A stretch of 64,000 bases of DNA from Bacteroidota bacterium (GCA_015222165.1 JADFUS010000004.1:396-64395); one strand, 5' to 3'. Numbered from the stretch's first letter, positions 8,801 through 17,044 are shown. Notes: generated from the letters alone by a model not told the origin. Made by a program: numbers and translations.

Positions 8801-10069
8801 TCGTTAAGGCTTATTCCAATCGAGAAATTAGGAAGACCACGTATAGATGTTATTGTTCAAACTTCTGGTCAGCTTAGAGATATAGCTTCTTCACGTCTTA
8901 AATTAATAAATGACGCTGTGAAAATGGCGGCAAAAGATAAATCTGAAAATAATTATGTTCGTAAAGGTTTCGAAGATGCCGAACGTAGACTTTTAGAAAA
9001 AGGTTTTTCGCCTATAGATGCCAGAAAATATTCTAAGGAACGAGTTTTTGGAGGTGTTAAAGGAAACTATGGCACTGGAATTATGGGCATGGTAGAAAAG
9101 GGTGATAGCTGGGATTCAAGAAGTCAGATAGCAAAGCAATATATCAAAAATATGGGTGCTATGTATTCTGCAAATGGTGGAGAAGATTGGGGAGAAATGC
9201 GTGAAGGTGTTTTTGAAGCTGCACTTTTAAATGCTTCGGTTGTTGTCCAACCTCGCTCTAGTAATACATGGGGAGCGTTAAGTTTAGACCATGTCTATGA
9301 ATTTATGGGCGGTATATCTTCGGCTATCGAAGAGGTCACAGGAAACGATCCTACAGCCTATTTTAACGATTTTAGAAATAGCAGTAGAGCGAAAGTTCAA
9401 GGACTTAAAGAGGCTATTGGTGTAGAGACAAATTCCACAGTTTTCAATCCAAAATATATTGCTGAAATGATGAAAGGCGAGGCGAGTTCTATGTCTCATT
9501 TTGCAGAAACTTTCAGAAATACTTATGGCTGGAATGCAATGAAACCTTCGGCTATAGACCAACATATATGGAATAAATATTATGATATTTATGTTAAAGA
9601 CGAGTATAAACTAGGTCTTGAAAAGACGTTTGCTCAAAAGAATCCTTATGCACTTCAAGAGATGACAGCAGTGATGTTAGAGTCTGCACGAAAAGGAATG
9701 TGGCAAGCTACAGATGCACAACTTAAAGATGTCGCTAAATTACACACGAAATTTGTCGCTGAATATAGTGCTGGTTGCAGTGGGTTTATATGTGATAATC
9801 CAAAATTAAGAAAATATATATCGTCAAAAGTTGATAAGGCGTCATCAGAAACCTACAATAAAAGTATAGATGTAGCTCGTCAAGTACAGCTTAACGAGTC
9901 GCAACAGAAAAATAATGTAGTACTTAAAAAAGACAAAAAATCACAAAAGCAAAAGCGTAAAAATGTAGAAATTAAGGAGTCAAAAAGCTATAAGATATTT
10001 TATATCATAGGTGGCTTATTGGTGCTTATGTTTGCTTGGATTTTGGTTCGCTCAAAACGTACAAAATAA
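5837..10069 (+). CDS. hmuS: CobN/Mg-chelatase-like large protein, membrane anchored at both ends
   Basis: 1410-aa ORF with CobN/ChlH-type blocks (HFGTHGSLEFIPGK, NPHAVPTGRNFYS). N-terminal TM YFGLIIFLAVLLGIGY and C-terminal TM IFYIIGGLLVLMFAWILV. Its position matches hmuS in hmu operons. Confidence 0.85.
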   Translation: MKKKKYLYFGLIIFLAVLLGIGYSCFMSKTKIATLNFPSFTVEKFIRSNNNPFVTIESVGLDEVEKISDYDMVLVRIHGSSLTNVHFQAIKKAIEKGVSVFSTESDNAKINSLKGRELEYVSTLMDNGSVKNYGSLFNYVRKCIDKKSFFNGEYAEPMIIPDDYFFHIGDDNFFATYEEYQSYYEKSGNYKKDAPRVILLSGNINMQNSNEEHMVAIINSLEKRGLNVYPINSFGAKKLKMISDVKPDLIINRPHGRLLMGGGERGTSLLKRLNVPILAPITVSDLHDKWLVDKQGMSSGGMTSMSVVMPELDGAIAPFAIAAQFERNGMRIFDAIPKHTEKFCSMAEKFTKLQTKNNRDKKVAIYYFKGVGKGAVSAAGIEGVESLFNTLQMLKANGYNLSGLPSDIEVFKSMIQKQGSVLGTYALGAYDEFLKNGNPALVDVTTFKSWSEDILPQKLIEDMKSQYGEAPGDYMGVEKEGKSYIAVAQITFGNVAILPQPLPSVGDDIMKLVHGVKGAPAYPYVASYLWTRNQFKADALVHFGTHGSLEFIPGKQIALSDYDWSDALVGDMPHFYIYTISNIGEGIIAKRRTYATLISHLTAPFMQSELYDDLKILENRIHKMEQMEESSIKQNYRESITKLSKSQNILSALSLDSTKTLNDKDIHKIHMYLEEIDASKVIDGLYTLGNVYSKENLFNTTRLMSIDAIRYSLAYIDVAHGIISIDKLEDLTFMAKRYNAKTERIIKRALRGESSKKLLKSIISKKDLQLLTSIEIQEREAMMRMGKMMRQMGVKREKKTPIFLDSKGVIVEAEKVVKKKEKTAPSMMQKMAQAKSMGAEEQGKSQNEELVSALKSVKEAVMGITAIKENLRKSTKQEQLSLLNALNGGYISPSSAGDPIVNPHAVPTGRNFYSINPETTPSAEAWKVGKRLAENLLEAELSAKGKYPEKVSFTLWSSNFISSEGATIAQVLYLLGVEPLRDGFGYIRSLRLIPIEKLGRPRIDVIVQTSGQLRDIASSRLKLINDAVKMAAKDKSENNYVRKGFEDAERRLLEKGFSPIDARKYSKERVFGGVKGNYGTGIMGMVEKGDSWDSRSQIAKQYIKNMGAMYSANGGEDWGEMREGVFEAALLNASVVVQPRSSNTWGALSLDHVYEFMGGISSAIEEVTGNDPTAYFNDFRNSSRAKVQGLKEAIGVETNSTVFNPKYIAEMMKGEASSMSHFAETFRNTYGWNAMKPSAIDQHIWNKYYDIYVKDEYKLGLEKTFAQKNPYALQEMTAVMLESARKGMWQATDAQLKDVAKLHTKFVAEYSAGCSGFICDNPKLRKYISSKVDKASSETYNKSIDVARQVQLNESQQKNNVVLKKDKKSQKQKRKNVEIKESKSYKIFYIIGGLLVLMFAWILVRSKRTK

Positions 10070-10773
10070 TGGAGACTTATATTCAATTGATTTTTATATT
10101 GGCTATTGTCAAATATTGTCTAAAAATGGCAATGCTAAAAAGTTTTGCCACGGTCTCTGTCTATGCTCTGGTTGCTTCGTTAGTTGGACTATTGTTTTAT
10201 CCTATAGTCATAGAACAACCAGTGACGATAATAGATTTTATGCTTTCTAATAAAAAATTTGTCACAGACGGAGCAGTCATAACAACCATAGAAGCCGTAG
10301 TAGGTATTTTTACATCCATATATCTTCTAGACAACTATTTTAAACCTAAGGCGAAAAGGAAAAAAGCTGTTTTTATGTTAAAAGTTATCCCAGGCGTGCT
10401 TTTCATAATTGCTATAGCTTATTTCGAATTGTTGTTTTTTAAATTCAGAGTTGGAGAAGAATTTATCTCCACAGCATTAATTTATTCGGCAATAGTTTTT
10501 TCTACGGTGATGTTTTTTTCTCAGATTTTACGCTATTCTATAAAAGCCGAAAGCATGAAATTAGAGCTTAAAATATTATTGAATATAGGAATTTTAGCGA
10601 TAGGCTTGCTTGTAAATTCAACCATAGCAGATTATAATCTCTCTTATGCCGAAACGGTTATCGAGTGGAAAGCTCTGTTTACTCTTTTCGGTATAGTAGT
10701 ATTGCTTTTCATAGTTGGAATATACCTGCCTAAAACAAAGATCAAATCACTTTTTAAACCCAAACACAAATAA
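10069..10773 (+). CDS. hmuT: polytopic membrane protein, HmuT-position
   Basis: About six hydrophobic helices with no recognisable catalytic motif. ATG 10069 overlaps the hmuS stop (TAATG), which suggests translational coupling. I prefer this start over 10036. Confidence 0.6.
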   Translation: METYIQLIFILAIVKYCLKMAMLKSFATVSVYALVASLVGLLFYPIVIEQPVTIIDFMLSNKKFVTDGAVITTIEAVVGIFTSIYLLDNYFKPKAKRKKAVFMLKVIPGVLFIIAIAYFELLFFKFRVGEEFISTALIYSAIVFSTVMFFSQILRYSIKAESMKLELKILLNIGILAIGLLVNSTIADYNLSYAETVIEWKALFTLFGIVVLLFIVGIYLPKTKIKSLFKPKHK

Positions 10774-10775
10774 AA

Positions 10776-11363
10776 ATGGAACAAATAACAAACATACTAT
10801 ATTGGTTAACAACGGGGCTTCTTGTCCCAGTAATAGTTTTTTTACTTTTCTTTTTCGCAAAATCCCTTATAATGATAGGTGGTTTTTATGGAGCTTACAT
10901 AAGCCGAACAAAAGTAAATATGAAGTTAAATAAAACTATTGAGGAGATGCCTGTAGACGAGTTTTTAAAATCTATAGATTCTTACAAACAAAATAAGTCG
11001 CAGATTATAACTTTTCTAAATAAGCTGAGAAATAATTCGGATAAATATATTATGCTGGATAAAATTTTTGGCGATTATGAGATAGTTGCTGACAAAGCTC
11101 TTGGTCAATCTAAATTGCTTGTCAAAATAGGTCCTATGCTTGGGCTTATGGGAACTTTAATTCCTATGGGACCTGCACTTGTAGGTCTTGCAACGGGTGA
11201 TGTTGCTTCCATGGCAAGCAATATGCAGGTGGCTTTTGCGACAACCGTAGTAGGAATAATAATTGGCGCTATAGGTTTTATAACATTACAGATAAAACAA
11301 AGGTGGGTAGCCGATGACATGAATATTATGGAATATGTTGTTGAATCTTTAAAACAGAAATAA
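10776..11363 (+). CDS. hmuU: MotA/TolQ/ExbB-family proton channel protein
   Basis: Three TM helices. GPMLGLMGTLIPMGPAL matches the conserved channel region of the ExbB/TolQ family. Confidence 0.8.
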   Translation: MEQITNILYWLTTGLLVPVIVFLLFFFAKSLIMIGGFYGAYISRTKVNMKLNKTIEEMPVDEFLKSIDSYKQNKSQIITFLNKLRNNSDKYIMLDKIFGDYEIVADKALGQSKLLVKIGPMLGLMGTLIPMGPALVGLATGDVASMASNMQVAFATTVVGIIIGAIGFITLQIKQRWVADDMNIMEYVVESLKQK

Positions 11364-11364
11364 T

Positions 11365-11700
11365 ATGGCACGTAGAAGAAGGCTTATAAATAGCAGTGAT
11401 GACAATGATCCGATGTCAGTATTAACAAATCTTTTTGATGTAGCGATGGTGTTTGCGGTTGCTTTGATGGTTGCTCTTGTCACCCGATTCGATATGACAG
11501 AGGTCTTTTCAAAGGAAGATTATACGATGGTTAAAAATCCGGGAACGGAGCAAATGGAGATAATAACAAAAAAAGGAGATAAAATAGAAAAATACAGTTC
11601 TCAGGAAGAGCAGAGTAGCAGTAATAATTCTCGAGGTAAACGTGTGGGAGTTGCTTATCAATTAGAAAATGGTGAAATTATATATGTTCCTGAAAGTTAG
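11365..11700 (+). CDS. hmuV: DUF2149/ExbD-like single-pass membrane protein
   Basis: Arg-rich N-terminus followed by one TM with an embedded Asp (LTNLFDVAMVFAVALMVAL), as in ExbD/TolR. It starts 1 nt after the hmuU stop. Confidence 0.65.
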   Translation: MARRRRLINSSDDNDPMSVLTNLFDVAMVFAVALMVALVTRFDMTEVFSKEDYTMVKNPGTEQMEIITKKGDKIEKYSSQEEQSSSNNSRGKRVGVAYQLENGEIIYVPES

Positions 11701-11871
11701 TATTATGGAAAAAAGAGATTAGTTTAGTTAATGTTTATTTGTGAAAGATGAGTTCCTTCTTTAATGATATTTTATTGAATAGGGGCTCTCTTTTGTGCCA
11801 AAGTGAAATATATTATCTAATAAAATGTAATTAATTAACAATGGTTCATTGTTTCGCTTTATTTTAGTAAC

Positions 11872-11879
11872 TATCTTTG
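11872..11879 (+). promoter_or_regulatory. orphan -7 promoter box (TATCTTTG) in non-coding gap
   Basis: Exact TAnnTTTG match with no annotated ORF downstream before the hairpin at 12022..12040. Confidence 0.35.
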
Positions 11880-12021
11880 TCGCATAATCAAAAAGCAAGA
11901 TTTACATATAACGTAGGTTGGTTCTATATTTATATTTTAATTATTTCATTTTTTATTTAATAGGTATTGGGGATTTATGAAATTATTTATTAATATTTTG
12001 CTTTTGTTTATAAAAAAAAGG

Positions 12022-12050
12022 GCTACCATTTTATGGTAGCTCTTCTTATT
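12022..12050. terminator. bidirectional hairpin terminator
   Basis: GCTACCA/TGGTAGC stem with a 5-nt loop. An A8 run precedes it and a T-rich tail follows. Confidence 0.55.
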
Positions 12051-12109
12051 TTCCCCTATCTTGTCTTGTCATTATAATTTGTAATTCTTTTAAGAACGAT
12101 ATTTATTTT

Positions 12110-12130
12110 GTATTAAAGTTATTTTAATAC
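12110..12130. repeat. 8-bp perfect inverted repeat GTATTAAA-N5-TTTAATAC
   Basis: Read directly. It lies about 105 nt upstream of the GTG start at 12236. Confidence 0.4.
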
Positions 12131-12160
12131 AATTTGTTTGTGCATAATATTTTCATTAAC

Positions 12161-12178
12161 TTTAGAATGTTTAGAATG
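12161..12178 (+). repeat. tandem 9-mer TTTAGAATG x2
   Basis: Two perfect head-to-tail copies, 58 nt upstream of the 12236 start. Confidence 0.6.
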
Positions 12179-12235
12179 ACTTCAATTAAAAAACATTGGA
12201 GAGTGTAAATAAATTATTTATATAAATAGTGTGGT

Positions 12236-13681
12236 GTGACAAAATTAGAGCAATACATTAAAAATGAGATAGTTGTATCATCTGCAGAGGTGGTAGATTA
12301 TTGTGTTAATATATTAGGAATAACCCAATCTAATGCACGAAAACGTATATCTAGGCTATCAGAAACAATAGGTAAAGTTAAAGGAATATGTTCAGATAAA
12401 AAATCGATTTTATACTATAAGGATAATTGGGGTAAAGAAAACTACTTTGAGAAATTAGAAAAACTTTTACAAAAGCATGCAAAACAACATTATTATGTTA
12501 TTAATGCTTTGCGATTACATTATGGTGTTATAGAAAAAGAAAAATTAGCAACTTACACTGTAAGTCCAATAAAATTTACAAAAGGTCATAAGCCATTTGA
12601 ATCTGTAATAGATGATTTGCTAAAACTTAAAATAGTTAGGATTGATGATTCTGATTATATTCTAAGTGAATATATTTGTTCAGAGAGAAAAGAAAAAGCT
12701 TTTAAATTAATAAATAGAATTACATTAAATCATTTTCATGAATGGGCAAGAAATATAGGTTTAATTTCATATGACTCAGCTAAATTTGATTCTGATACTG
12801 ATTTTTCAAGATATCAATTTTCGATGGTTGCTCCTTCGTATATAAAAAGTCTTGCATCTAAATCAAAAGATAAATTTATTCCTGCTTTTGTAGTTGCGGA
12901 TGTTTTCATTAATAATAATATTAATGAAAACGATGTAAACTATTTTATTAAAAAGTTAGAGAATATTTCTATGCAAAATCAAAAAGCAAATTTTATATCT
13001 TTTCTTATTATTACTAGTCATAAAAAAGAAGTTTATAAACTTTTGAAATCTAACGGAATAATAATTGGTAATACTGATGAGCTTTTTGGAAAAAAATATA
13101 CTGAAACGTTATTTGGTATTGTGAATTTTTTAGAAAATTCAGAAGTTATTTTAATGAAAAATTCTGATAGTTATATAAAGTTGTTAAATAATATAGAAAA
13201 ATTTGCTATAGGTAAAACTTATAATCTTAAAGGAGATTTATTTGAATTTAATGTTGGGTATTTTCATGGTCAACTATGTCAAAATATGGAAATATCTAAA
13301 AAAGTATATTATGATGGAAAAAATAAAGAGATAGACATATATGCAGTGTATCAAGAAAAAGTAGTTTTTGCAGAATGTAAAGGTTATAATCATAAGATAG
13401 ATATTGAATATGTTGAGAAATGGTTGTCTGAAACAGTACCTTTAATTAGAAAATGGGCATTAGGATGTGATTCTTTAAAAGATAAAAATATGGAATTTGA
13501 ATTATGGTGTACTGGTGGTTTTGAAGATGAATCAATGGAGACTCTTAGGGTTATTAAAGAAAGAACAAAAAAATATACAATAAATTTTTTAGGTCTTGAT
13601 GATATGATAAAAGTTGCAAGAGATAAAAATATTAAACATTTTGAAAAAATAATAAAAGATTATTATATAAAAGAAGTTTAA
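12236..13681 (+). CDS. wHTH-like N-domain plus tandem restriction-endonuclease-like (Mrr_cat-type) domains, function unknown
   Basis: The C-terminal part reads like the Mrr catalytic core: LFEF, then KEIDIYAV, then VVFAECKGY (a D..ExK motif), then FELWCTGGFEDES and INFLGLDDMIK. The middle part repeats the same layout but without the Lys (FVVADV, then FISFLIITSHKKEV, then GIIIGNTDELF). The N-terminus (SSAEVVDYCVNILGITQSNARKRISRL) looks like an HTH. GTG start. Confidence 0.6.
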   Translation: MTKLEQYIKNEIVVSSAEVVDYCVNILGITQSNARKRISRLSETIGKVKGICSDKKSILYYKDNWGKENYFEKLEKLLQKHAKQHYYVINALRLHYGVIEKEKLATYTVSPIKFTKGHKPFESVIDDLLKLKIVRIDDSDYILSEYICSERKEKAFKLINRITLNHFHEWARNIGLISYDSAKFDSDTDFSRYQFSMVAPSYIKSLASKSKDKFIPAFVVADVFINNNINENDVNYFIKKLENISMQNQKANFISFLIITSHKKEVYKLLKSNGIIIGNTDELFGKKYTETLFGIVNFLENSEVILMKNSDSYIKLLNNIEKFAIGKTYNLKGDLFEFNVGYFHGQLCQNMEISKKVYYDGKNKEIDIYAVYQEKVVFAECKGYNHKIDIEYVEKWLSETVPLIRKWALGCDSLKDKNMEFELWCTGGFEDESMETLRVIKERTKKYTINFLGLDDMIKVARDKNIKHFEKIIKDYYIKEV

Positions 13682-13698
13682 ATATCTATTTTAGGAAA

Positions 13699-13740
13699 CA
13701 TAATAATGGCGACCAAAATGGTCGCCATTATTATGTTTTG
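13699..13740. terminator. strong bidirectional terminator
   Basis: 16-bp perfect stem CATAATAATGGCGACC/GGTCGCCATTATTATG with a 5-nt loop and T-run, between convergent genes. Confidence 0.9.
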
Positions 13741-13754
13741 TGATATTTTTCAGA

Positions 13755-14447
13755 TTATTTTAGGCAACCTTCGAAGTATCTCCATAGATTGTCCTCTTGT
13801 GGGACTGGTGCAGTGACCTTTAGGTTCTCTTTTGTCACTGGGTGGATAAACTCTATGCTTCTTGCATGAAGGCATATTCCACCGCCTTTATTTGAGCGTG
13901 GTGAACCGTATTTTAAATCACCCTTAATAGGCATTCCAACTTTTGAAAGTTGAGCTCTAATTTGGTGGTGACGACCAGTTATTAAATTTACATCTAATAA
14001 ATAGAAATTCTGACTTACACATAAAAGCTCGTAAGACAATGTCGCTACTTTTGAACCACGTTTTTCACGGTCGTAAGCAAAAGAACGGTTTTTCTTAGAG
14101 TCTCTTAAAATATAGTGAGTAAGTTCTTGAACTTCTACGGGTGGTTGTTTTGAAACAATAGCCCAATATGTTTTTGTTATATTTCTTTCTTTGACCATCT
14201 CGTTAAGTCGACGAAGTGCTTTTGCAGATTTAGCAAAAACTACAGCACCACTAACGGGTTTGTCAATACGGTGAACTACTCCTAAGAAAACATTACCTGG
14301 TTTCTCGTCACGAACTTTTATAAAGTTTTTTATTTCGTCTTCAAGAGAAATGTCATCTGAGTTATCTGCTTGTACGGCTTGACCTATAATCTTATTGACA
14401 ACCATAATATGGTTATCCTCAAAAAGTATATCTTTTTTGTTGAACAT
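13755..14447 (-). CDS. RluA-family pseudouridine synthase
   Basis: HRIDKPVSGAVVF catalytic-Asp motif, plus the GRHHQIRAQL block typical of RluA/RsuA enzymes. Confidence 0.85.
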   Translation of the reverse strand: MFNKKDILFEDNHIMVVNKIIGQAVQADNSDDISLEDEIKNFIKVRDEKPGNVFLGVVHRIDKPVSGAVVFAKSAKALRRLNEMVKERNITKTYWAIVSKQPPVEVQELTHYILRDSKKNRSFAYDREKRGSKVATLSYELLCVSQNFYLLDVNLITGRHHQIRAQLSKVGMPIKGDLKYGSPRSNKGGGICLHARSIEFIHPVTKENLKVTAPVPQEDNLWRYFEGCLK

Positions 14448-14467
14448 TCTTAATTTTGTGTTTAATT

Positions 14468-15619
14468 TTAAATACTGTCGCTATAAACGGCTGGAGCAAA
14501 GTCTCTCAAATTATATTGAGAAGCCATAGCTTGACCATAAGCACCTACAGATGATATCGCAAGAATATCTCCTCTTTTGGTGATAGGAAGTTCTATGTCT
14601 TTATCAAAAATATCTGATGATTCGCATACTGGTCCTCCAACGTTATAACTTTTTCTTTCTGCAAAGGTAGAACTAATATTTGAAATATAATGCTTTGCTT
14701 GATATAAAGATGGACGAATTAAATCTGTCATACCTGCATCAACAATAACAAACTCTTTACCAGAGGCAGTTTCCTTGTTGTAAAGAACTTTTGTTAAAAG
14801 TGTTCCACATTGTCCAACTAACGAGCGACCAAGCTCAAAATGAAGCGTTTGACCTTTGCGAAGCTTAATATTTTCTGCAAAAACTTTGAAATATCCTTTA
14901 AAATTTGGTATTGGAGTTTCCAGAGGAGTAACATAATCTATCCCAAGACCTCCGCCAACATTTATTGAAGAAAGATTAAAACCTTTTTCTTCGAACCACT
15001 CTTGAAGCTCGTTAACTCTTAAAGCAAGACGTTCGAAATCGCTTAAATCAAGAATTTGTGAGCCAATATGAAAGTGTAAGCCTATAATATTTACGTTTTT
15101 TAGATTTGGCAACATCTCAATAATCTCTTTTAGTTCGATTGGAGAGATACCAAATTTATTTTCTTTTCCGCCTGTAGAGATATATTTATGAGTGTTAGGG
15201 TTAAGGTCTGGATTAATTCTTAACGCAACATCTGCAACAGTACAGCGACTTTTAGCTATTTCATTAATAACTTCAAGTTCATTTTTTGATTCACAATTGA
15301 AAGAGAAAATTTTGTGATCCAAAGCATAACTTATCTCTTCGTCGCTTTTACCTACTCCAGCAAAAACTATTTTATTTGTGTCAAAACCTTTTTCTACAGC
15401 ATATCTTACTTCGTTTCCACTTACACAATCTACACCAAATCCTGCAACACGCATTTTTTGAAGAATACGTTCGTCAAAGTTGGCTTTTAAAGCGTAGTGT
15501 ACCATATAACCATATTTATTAGCTTCTTCTTTTACTATGCCGATAGTTTTTTCTAAAAGCTCCATATCGTAATAGTAAAATGGAGTTTTTAAGTTTTTGA
15601 TTTTTTCTATTTTTACCAT
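14468..15619 (-). CDS. lysA: diaminopimelate decarboxylase
   Basis: Fold-III PLP decarboxylase: HYALKAN PLP-Lys motif, GGGLGI, and CESSD near the C-terminus. It lies immediately downstream of aspartokinase. Confidence 0.85.
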   Translation of the reverse strand: MVKIEKIKNLKTPFYYYDMELLEKTIGIVKEEANKYGYMVHYALKANFDERILQKMRVAGFGVDCVSGNEVRYAVEKGFDTNKIVFAGVGKSDEEISYALDHKIFSFNCESKNELEVINEIAKSRCTVADVALRINPDLNPNTHKYISTGGKENKFGISPIELKEIIEMLPNLKNVNIIGLHFHIGSQILDLSDFERLALRVNELQEWFEEKGFNLSSINVGGGLGIDYVTPLETPIPNFKGYFKVFAENIKLRKGQTLHFELGRSLVGQCGTLLTKVLYNKETASGKEFVIVDAGMTDLIRPSLYQAKHYISNISSTFAERKSYNVGGPVCESSDIFDKDIELPITKRGDILAISSVGAYGQAMASQYNLRDFAPAVYSDSI

Positions 15620-15623
15620 AATT

Positions 15624-16925
15624 TTAAAATAAGTGGTTGTTAAGTGCTTTAAGCGATTGAATTTTATTGTCTGAAGATATTAGTATAGCAATACTTCTAT
15701 CACTTGCTCCATAGGAAATCATTTTCACAGGGACATCTTTAAGTCCTGCCATTAGGTTTGAAATTATTCCACAGTGTTCGTGGTCAAATACTCCAACAAC
15801 ACAAACTATAGAGTTTGTTTTTTCTATTTCTATTGTTCCAAGTTCCTCCAGCTTTTTTACTATAGCTTTTAGATTCTTATCATTATCTATTGTCAGACTT
15901 ACGGCAACTTCAGAAGTCGTAATCATATCAATAGGTGTTTTATACTCTTCAAAAATCTCGAACACTTTTCTTAAAAAGCCATAAGCCATAAGCATACGTG
16001 TAGAGTTAATTCGTATAAGCGTTATGTTATCTTTTGCGGCAACAGCTTGATAGGTGTTCAAAAAGTTATCTTCAACAGATATTACTGTTCCTACAGCGTC
16101 AGGCTCCATAGTGTTTTTTAGATAAACAGGAATACCAGCGTGTTTACAAGGTAGGGCAGTAGCAGGGTGCAAAATTTTAGCTCCAAAATATGCAAGCTCA
16201 GCCGCCTGATCAAAGCTAAGGTGACTTATAGGTTTTGTACCTTCAACATATCTAGGGTCATTATTATGCATTCCGTCTATATCAGTCCAAATTTGAACCT
16301 GAGAAGCAGAAATCCCAGCGCCAATAAGTGCAGCACTATAATCGCTTCCTCCACGTCCTAGATTTGTTATAATCCCATCGGCATTTTTACAAATAAAACC
16401 TTGAGTTACAAATATAGTATCATCGCTAAATTTTTCGATGTGTTTTGTTATCGAATTTTTTAAATACTCTTCATCAACAATGCCATTTTTATTTAATCTC
16501 ATCATATCCAAAATATTTATTAGCTCGGCTTTTTTTCCGCACTCTTTTAGATACAATGTAAATATTGCAGTTGTTAATAATTCACCTTGAGAGAGAATTA
16601 TACCTTCAGAACTTTTATTGTCGTAATTTTCCGAAGTTTTTTTCAAAAGATTTATAACATCATCAACAGCCTTTTCAGCTTTTTCTTGATTATCTATTAT
16701 AAGCGACTTAATACACTTATAATACTTATCTTTTATAAATTTTATCTCGTTTGTAATAGTCCTATTCGCTTGTGATTCATTCACTATACGAACTAAAGCG
16801 TCTGTTGTACCAGACATCGCAGAAAGAACAGTTATTTTTGCTCTTTCCCTTAAAATTATTGAACTCACGGACTTTATGTTTGTCGAAGAGCCAACAGATG
16901 TACCTCCAAATTTTAAAACTTTCAT
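15624..16925 (-). CDS. lysC: aspartate kinase
   Basis: KVLKFGGTSVG N-terminal kinase motif and C-terminal ACT-type region. I prefer ATG 16925 over the TTG at 16958. Confidence 0.85.
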   Translation of the reverse strand: MKVLKFGGTSVGSSTNIKSVSSIILRERAKITVLSAMSGTTDALVRIVNESQANRTITNEIKFIKDKYYKCIKSLIIDNQEKAEKAVDDVINLLKKTSENYDNKSSEGIILSQGELLTTAIFTLYLKECGKKAELINILDMMRLNKNGIVDEEYLKNSITKHIEKFSDDTIFVTQGFICKNADGIITNLGRGGSDYSAALIGAGISASQVQIWTDIDGMHNNDPRYVEGTKPISHLSFDQAAELAYFGAKILHPATALPCKHAGIPVYLKNTMEPDAVGTVISVEDNFLNTYQAVAAKDNITLIRINSTRMLMAYGFLRKVFEIFEEYKTPIDMITTSEVAVSLTIDNDKNLKAIVKKLEELGTIEIEKTNSIVCVVGVFDHEHCGIISNLMAGLKDVPVKMISYGASDRSIAILISSDNKIQSLKALNNHLF

Positions 16926-16980
16926 AATTTTTTTAAAGAAAATTTGTTTTTTTAACAAATATGTGTTTAATTTGCCATGA

Positions 16981-16988
16981 CAAATATA
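16981..16988 (-). promoter_or_regulatory. -7 promoter box (TATATTTG on minus strand)
   Basis: TAnnTTTG match upstream of lysC. Confidence 0.4.
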
Positions 16989-17044
16989 TAAACAATTTTC
17001 TCGTTTTAAAAAAAATATGGAAATTTTGTTGATATTTATCCTAT

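Noticed and set aside
11977-12039. Calling the 20-codon ORF a type I toxin gene
   Set aside because: The hydrophobic stretch (about 12 residues) is too short for a membrane-spanning helix, and no antisense RNA signal is visible. I keep it only as part of the orphan-transcript finding, not as a CDS feature.
16926-17044. Lysine riboswitch upstream of lysC
   Set aside because: The interval is only about 120 nt of A/T-rich sequence. It is too short for, and lacks, the paired GC-containing helices of an L-box.
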